Shown in pieces: positions 57,459 to 64,000 of a stretch of DNA of 64,000 nt; position 1 is the stretch's first letter, and each line of letters opens with the position of its first letter. Under the pieces are notes generated by a model, which saw only the letters and a list, made by a program, of their open reading frames with translations, had not been told where the DNA came from and ran no database searches. Origin of the DNA: Octopus vulgaris (taxonomy: Eukaryota); the NCBI GenBank assembly GCA_951406725.2, contig OX597832.1, positions 14,818,001 to 14,882,000 of the forward strand. Direction: 5' to 3'. A program made the translations under genes and the position numbers.

Positions 57459-58794
57459 TATGTATAAGGCTGTTTAATCGAATGTTTTGGTTAAATGTAG
57501 CAACGCATTGTCTTCTGCTGTATATAGTTTGAAATAAGCAAGAGCCTTATACTTAGGAGCATGTATTACATTTGAGAGGTGCGGTAGATTTATCCGATGT
57601 ATTATCAAGGTTTAAAATTCTGGTGGTTTTATTTCAACGGATATATATGTGAGGAAGGAAGGGATTACTATTCTATTCTTTTCTGTAGTTCATTTCAAAT
57701 ATTTTCAAACACAGATCATGAATATAAAACAAGAGTGGGGGCGATATATCGTGCTCTTTCAATACATTTTACTTGTGTTCCATAAACAACATCACACAAG
57801 GAATGATTATACAAAGCACTTATATGAAATCAATAAAGTAATATATGTTTATAGAAATGTGTGTATATTATTTAATGTTTGTTGTTGTATTGAGATCATG
57901 TTTTATTTTTACCATTGCATATATAATATTTGGTATCTTAAATATTTTCGTATGCTTACTTTCAATGTATATTTACACTTCTATTAATATTTGTGCTTAT
58001 ATTTGTTTATTTTTAAATGCTATATTTTGAGAATGTGTGCGTCATTCTGGTTATCTATTCGAATGATACACTTGTTTCCACTTATGTACGTGTTAGTCTC
58101 CATATTCTTTCAATTATATGATAGCCTACAGTCAATATTATCTCTTTATATTTCATTTTCAAATCTTCGATCTATTATATTCCTCTCGAACGATACAACG
58201 AATATTATATATTCTAAAGTCCCATTGAATTCCAGGTAAGTGAGATACATCATTAAGTATTCATTTTTTTCTTCAAATCTGACTTTTTGATCTTTTCACA
58301 ATACTAATTTCTTTTGTTTTCAACACTCGTTTTTATTCTTGATACCTAGTTTATAAGAGCGAACTTACAGATCAATATGATGTTGTTTTATGCTGCTCAT
58401 TCATAGACTGATTTAAACATATATGTACTGTAATGGAATGGCAATGAAACGAAAGCTTACATTGTTGATATTAGTTTGCTCTCACATCTTCAAAACGTTG
58501 TGCTTTTTTAAATGTATTATATTTTGTGTTACATTGGATGTAACCCCATATATTTACTAAGCATCCACATACGTATAACTAGATTAGTGATTCTGAACCA
58601 ATTTTTGCCTCTAGACTCCTTTCATATACGTTTTACGCTACTGGACATACATAACCAGTTGAAGATTTCGAAATACCTCATTATATTTTTATAATTAAAT
58701 ATTTGTAAGATATATTGTGCATTATCGAATAATAGTTGGTGTATTGCACATATTTTAAGAATAAAAAGCTAGCAGATTAAAATATTATATGAGC

Positions 58795-59086
58795 CCCACT
58801 AGGGCCATGTCCACAGACTCCACAGACACGTGTACCCTTAACCTAATTCTTGAGGAGATTCAGCGTGACACAGAGTGTGACAAGGCTGGCTTTTGACACC
58901 CAGTTACAACAGAAACAGAGAGAAGGAGTGAGAGAAAGTTGTAGTGTAAGAATATAGCAGGGTTCGCCACTACACCCGTGCACGTGGAGCTTTAGGTGTT
59001 TTCGCTCAATAAAAACTCCCAACACCCGGTCTGTGAATCGAGACCGCGACCCTATGGCACCGAGTCTACTGGGTCATTCCGTCTCC
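58795..59086 (-). mobile_element. SINE family C variant (same head, different 3' half)
   Basis: Shares ttattgagcgaaaacacctaaagctccacg...caactttctctcactc with 52971, then diverges completely. Confidence 0.85.
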
Positions 59087-59164
59087 ACACACTCACACAC
59101 ACACATTCATATATACATATATATACATGTAAGTGCATATATGTACACACACACACACATATCC

Positions 59165-59195
<31 letters not shown>

Positions 59196-60428
59196 GATAA
59201 TCAATATATGTATTTATGTATATCTATATATACATATATATGTATATATGTATATGTTTCTGTGTATACATGTGTTTATGTACGTGTGTGTGTGCGTCTC
59301 TCTGTGTATGTGTGTGTATATGGCTTTGTTCCAATAAAAAATCAGGCATTTCATATTCTTAAAAATGTGCCAACATGCTAAGAAATCAGCCCATTAGTAA
59401 CCTGGAAATTATTTTTGCAATCGAAGTTAGACGTTTGTTTTTAATTTAATTTCCATGACATTTCCATATACACAGCCAGTAGTTATGTGCACTTACTTAG
59501 AAAAACCATATATTAAAGCGTAATATATATTTTGGCATATTTTTGAAACATTGACTAAATCATTTTAAATTATCTTATTGCCGTGATGTAGATTGGAAGA
59601 AAATTAATTAATCCAATTTTTATGAAGATGCTGAATGACTTTATTGGAGAAGGAAAGATTGTAAAAAATTTCGGAAGTGTTGAAAAAAAAAAAGTTTTTC
59701 AGTTTATCATGGTGTTTTGGTTATAGAGGGGAAAGTGCCAACTTTAAGAGATTTAGGTATTTTTTCCTATAATTAAATTGTCTTTTTCTTTACCAAATAG
59801 AAAAATGTGATTTTCCATAAGTAAGGGAGGAACCAATTAACTCTTTACATGACTAAATGATGAAAGAATGACTTATTGCCAAATATAATAAATGTGAGGA
59901 AATTCACACGGTATGCTTTTAAATTGGATAAAATGGAATGCTGACACGGAATTTCTAAAGAGCTCCGATGTAGATTTCGATAGTAATTATGATAAGAGTG
60001 AAATAAAATATTTTTGTTTCACTTTCCAGGTGAGTGTAAGATTTGTATTTGAATTATTTGCCAGAGACACCTAAATTACTGAGAATTTAGAAATACTGAT
60101 ATATTTATTAAGGCGAACTGTTTGTAATTATTGATTTTGCATTTGTTGAAATTGCTTAAGCATTTTAATACTTGAACCCTATCCCTTGTTGAAGATAGCT
60201 GCTATCATACAATCATATCTATTTTCATATACCAATCTAAGTTCGAGAGATAAATTCTAAATTTCAAGAAATTCCATCCCTGACTCAGGCAACAGAGGTC
60301 ACCGATAACGCTGTTCCGCTCTCATTGTACATGAACTCTCTAGGCAAGATATTGATATTGCAGCTCTTAGCGAAGTCCGGCTCACAAAGTGAGACTGCTT
60401 GAAAGAACATTGTGCACGGTACACACTA

Positions 60429-61675
60429 CGAGGGACGTTCAATAAGTAATGCCTCTGACCCACTTGCAGAAATTTTGTATGTGCATTCATTTATATCTCT
60501 ATAGAGTAAGTGGCAAATTACAGCTCTGAATTAGTTGTGGTTTCTGATTTACATGTGTTCGAACCGAGTCTAGTGTGAAATGGAGCCTGTTGAGTGTCGA
60601 GCAGTGATCCGGTTTTTGTATTTGAAAGGACGCACACCACGGGAGACTTTTGATGAAATGCAAGTAACTTATGGTGATGATGCCCCATCATATGACCTTG
60701 TAAAACGCTGGCATCGTGAATTCAAACATGGTCGGAACTCTGTGGAAACAGCTCCCAGATCTGGTCGCCCCCTTCTGCCACTGATAAGGCATCTGTCCGT
60801 CAAGTTGAGGCTGCCATTTTGGAAGATCGACGCATAATTATTCGCCAAATAGCTCATGAGGTCAAGATTAGTAACGGGTCTGTGGAAACTATCATTCATG
60901 ACCATTTGCATATGCAAAATGTGTCTGCCAGATGGATTCCCATGTTGCTCACGCCTTTCCAGAAGCAAGAACGCGTCGAATGCTCGAGGGTGAATTTGGA
61001 GATGTGCCAAGAAGATGAGTCAAATTTTTTCAAAAGACTCATTACACAGGATGAAACCTGGGTCCATCACGATGGTCCAGAGACCAAAGCCCAGTCAATG
61101 CAGTGGAAGCACCGTGACTCACCCCCTCCAAAGAAGGCAAGGGTGCAGCCCTCCGCTGGCAAGGTCATGCTCACAGTCTTCTGGGACCAGGACGGAGTAG
61201 TGATGACAGATTTCCTGACAAAGGATACCACAATTGCAGGAGCCTATTATGCTTCACTTTTGAGGAAATTAAGAGAAGTTATCAAAATCAAGAGGCGGGG
61301 CAAGATCAGCAAAGGCATCCTCCTCCTGCAGGACAACGCTCCGGTCCACAACTCGTATGGCTATGAACTCCTCCCCATACCCCTACTTTCCTGACCTTTC
61401 ACCCTCTGATTTTCACCTCTTCCCAATCATGAAGTTGTTTTTGAAAGGAAAGCGATTCCCAGATGATGCAGCCTTGATTTCTGAAGCCACGTTGAGGTTG
61501 GAGGACCAAGCTGGGTTCCTCTACAAAAACGGTCTCCAGAGCCGCATCAAACGATGGGAGAAATGCGTAACGCTGGGTGGTTCCTATGTAGAAAAAGACT
61601 AATAACTGTGCCAAGTTTCGTTGCTCTACTGCTATGGGAAGTGGGTCAGAGGCATTACTTATTGAACGTCCCTCG
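60429..61675 (+). mobile_element. Mariner DNA transposon (irritans-like), near full length
   Basis: Perfect 37-bp TIRs (60429-60465 and 61639-61675) and TA duplications at 60427-60428 and 61676-61677. Confidence 0.97.
60580..61602 (+). pseudogene. Mariner transposase pseudogene (two frameshifts, small deletion)
   Basis: Split over three ORFs: HTH..RSGRP; ARWIPMLLT, ITQDETWVH, LQDNAPVH; PYFPDLSPSDFHLF..RWEKCV..GSYVEK. The spacing between the second and third Asp is shorter than 34. Confidence 0.93.
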
Positions 61676-62634
61676 TATATTGGTCAAGCAAAACACCATA
61701 CAACATGACGTTCAGGTGTCGATTTCATAAGAAATTCCATTGTCTCAAAGCCGGGAATCCTACCAGCCGGTCATTCTCACAACATCAGCCCCATGCATCC
61801 ACATTCAGAAAAAGAAGGAGTATGCCACGATATTTCGCGTTAACTCACCGACCCGGCACTCAAACCCAGAAAACAATGACTATTTGTACTCAAACTTCAG
61901 TAGACTCCTTCAGGGAAACTCTGTCGATGATTAGATCATAAGCCTAGGAGATTTGAACGCCAGAGTGGGTCGAAATTCAGAAACCTCGAGAGAAGTCCTC
62001 GGAAAGCATCCGGTTGGGATCTGCAACGATAACGGGTGAGTATCTCTTGCGTTTTTCCCCGAACATCAGCTCGTCATCAACAAAACATCTCGCAGCAAAG
62101 AGAAATCTAGAGGCATACCCGATTAAAATACTGGTACTTACTACACTGCGTCCTAATGTGCCAACATTGTCAGTCTGATATCATGCAGGCCATAGTCATG
62201 CCCAGGGAGAATGCCTTACTGACCATCGCCTGATCTTTTACAAATTCAAACCGTGAAAATAGAGGGATAACCAAGAGCAAGAAAATCAAAACTAGTTTGT
62301 GTGCTGATAAACGAAGTGAAAGTAAACTTCTAGGCAGACTTACAGATAATGCTTGATCAATCCAATTACCCGTCTGATCCGTCTCCAACTGCAGACGTCT
62401 GTGTGTTTTCGAATAAAAGAAAACAAAGATTGGGTTGACGAAAATGTTGTACTGATCTTGGAATTATTTAAAAAGAAGAGGTCTGCCCAGCTAGCACACC
62501 TGGCACAACCGCCATGCCCTGAGAAGAAAGGGGCCTTTAACCAAGGTTACAGATCTCTGTAGCGCAGATTCCTTGGTGTTAAGAATGTGTGATGGCCAAT
62601 CTCGCACAACCAACCACGCTGAGAACTACGAGAA

Positions 62635-62704
<70 letters not shown>

Positions 62705-62705
<1 letters not shown>

Positions 62706-62800
62706 AGTGGTGTTCTCAACCACTTAAGTGTTAATTTCACGAGCATGCTCTTCAGTTAATCGGATCAACTGGAACCATCGCTGTTGTAAAGGACGGATGA
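62705..62800 (+). mobile_element. Probable SINE 3' tail fragment next to (TA)n
   Basis: gttaatttcacgagc...cggatcaactggaacc is recalled as a cephalopod SINE tail; there is no second copy in the window. Confidence 0.4.
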
Positions 62801-62982
62801 ATATAAGTATTTGCGGATATATAAATGGATTATCAAATGACGATGTAATGCATATATTGTGTGTTTGATAAACAGCTCTTCATATAAATGGTATTATAAT
62901 AGTTGCAAGGAATGCAAGAAATATGTTGCAATTTCTAAAACATAAGGTATTTAATATGACAGATTGGTTACCTTTTATCTTT

Positions 62983-63190
62983 TGGCAGAATCTTTGGCAC
63001 GCCGGGTGAAATTCTTTGCGGTAGTTCGTCTGCCGTCACGTTCTGAGTTCAAATTCCACCGAGGTCGAATTTACATTTCATCCTTTCGGGGTCGATTAGT
63101 TATGCACTGGGGTGGATGTAATCGACTTAATCCATTTGTCTGTCCTTGTTTGTCCCCTCTATGTTGAACTCCCTGTGGGCAATAAATGAA
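62983..63190 (+). mobile_element. SINE family B
   Basis: cacgccgggtgaaat..cgttctgagttcaaattccaccgaggtcg..ttcatcctttcggggtcgatt..tgtctgtccttgtttgtcccctc. Confidence 0.9.
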
Positions 63191-64000
63191 TATATATTGA
63201 CATGGCTGGTTAGTCAGTTGCCATCGAAACGAGGAAATAAGCCCAGCTATTCAGCTGAAAATCATTCGAAATGCACTATTTCGGAATAATCAGGAGATGA
63301 TGTTGACTCTGTAAATATTTGTATAATTTCATATTCTGCGTGAATAAACAATTGTAAATTTGTATTGCTTGCAAATCCTAGAAATTTGTTCTAAATATTT
63401 ATGCTATATGCAGTTTTATTAAGAATTGTGTCTTACTATAGTCGAAGAGTGGTGAGTACATCCCTTCCTTGTTATAAACATATTGATCACACTGACACAT
63501 ACGTTCGAAAACATGCATCCCATTGAAAAAATATAGTTGAAAATATTTTACACCTTTTATTGTTACTAGCTTTTAACTTCATTTAACTTCACTGACCGTG
63601 TGTTTACTTATTCAGTTACAGGATTTCTTCCTTCTCGTTTATCTTCCTAACCACTCCTCCAAACGGCGTCACACTAGTGTCTTACTATAACATACATTCA
63701 TGCCTTTGTACCTCCACATTCATATGTGGACGTAATGCATTCACACAGATTTATGACTACACAACACGTCTATGATTAAAAAAAAAGTGAACTCTGTATT
63801 TTCATAAATGCATTGATTTATCTCTCCCAAACATAAAACACGTTGTTCACGCTTGAATTATAATGGCGAAAGAACAGTCCAATTGCTTCATAGACGATCG
63901 CAGAAATAGTTACAAAAGAATCACAAAATTGTTGATTTTTTTTTATAAATATCAGCATTCATTACCTCCAACTGCAGATCAATTTCCAAAAAATAAGAGT

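Larger units (their letters stand above)
60278..62620 (+). mobile_element. Decayed RTE-clade LINE (APE endonuclease region) interrupted by a mariner
   Basis: SALIVHELSRQDIDIAALSEVRL...YTL|YWS continues across the mariner, then LGDLNARVG and VLGKHPVGICNDNG, which are RTE APE motifs. Confidence 0.85.

Overview
AT-rich, microsatellite-dense eukaryotic DNA that looks intergenic or intronic. The repeat content resembles a coleoid cephalopod (Octopus-like) genome; this is an inference from the SINE families. There is one 100-N scaffold gap. No host protein-coding gene can be supported: nearly all listed ORFs are translations of (TA)n/(TG)n/(TAA)n tracts, and the rest are transposon relics. Supported content: three multi-copy tRNA-derived SINE families, R4/Dong-like, CR1-like and RTE-like LINE remnants, a Penelope-like element relic in inverted arrangement, and a probable Helitron/Helentron-type non-autonomous element. 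DNA transposons include a near-complete mariner with perfect 37-bp TIRs nested in an RTE endonuclease gene and a DD37D (maT) relic. The most notable signals are a solo minimal type I hammerhead ribozyme with an intact core (39603-39675, minus strand), a perfect 72-bp spacerless palindrome, a nested palindrome inside a SINE, and evidence of SINE/LINE tail sharing and SINE tail swapping.
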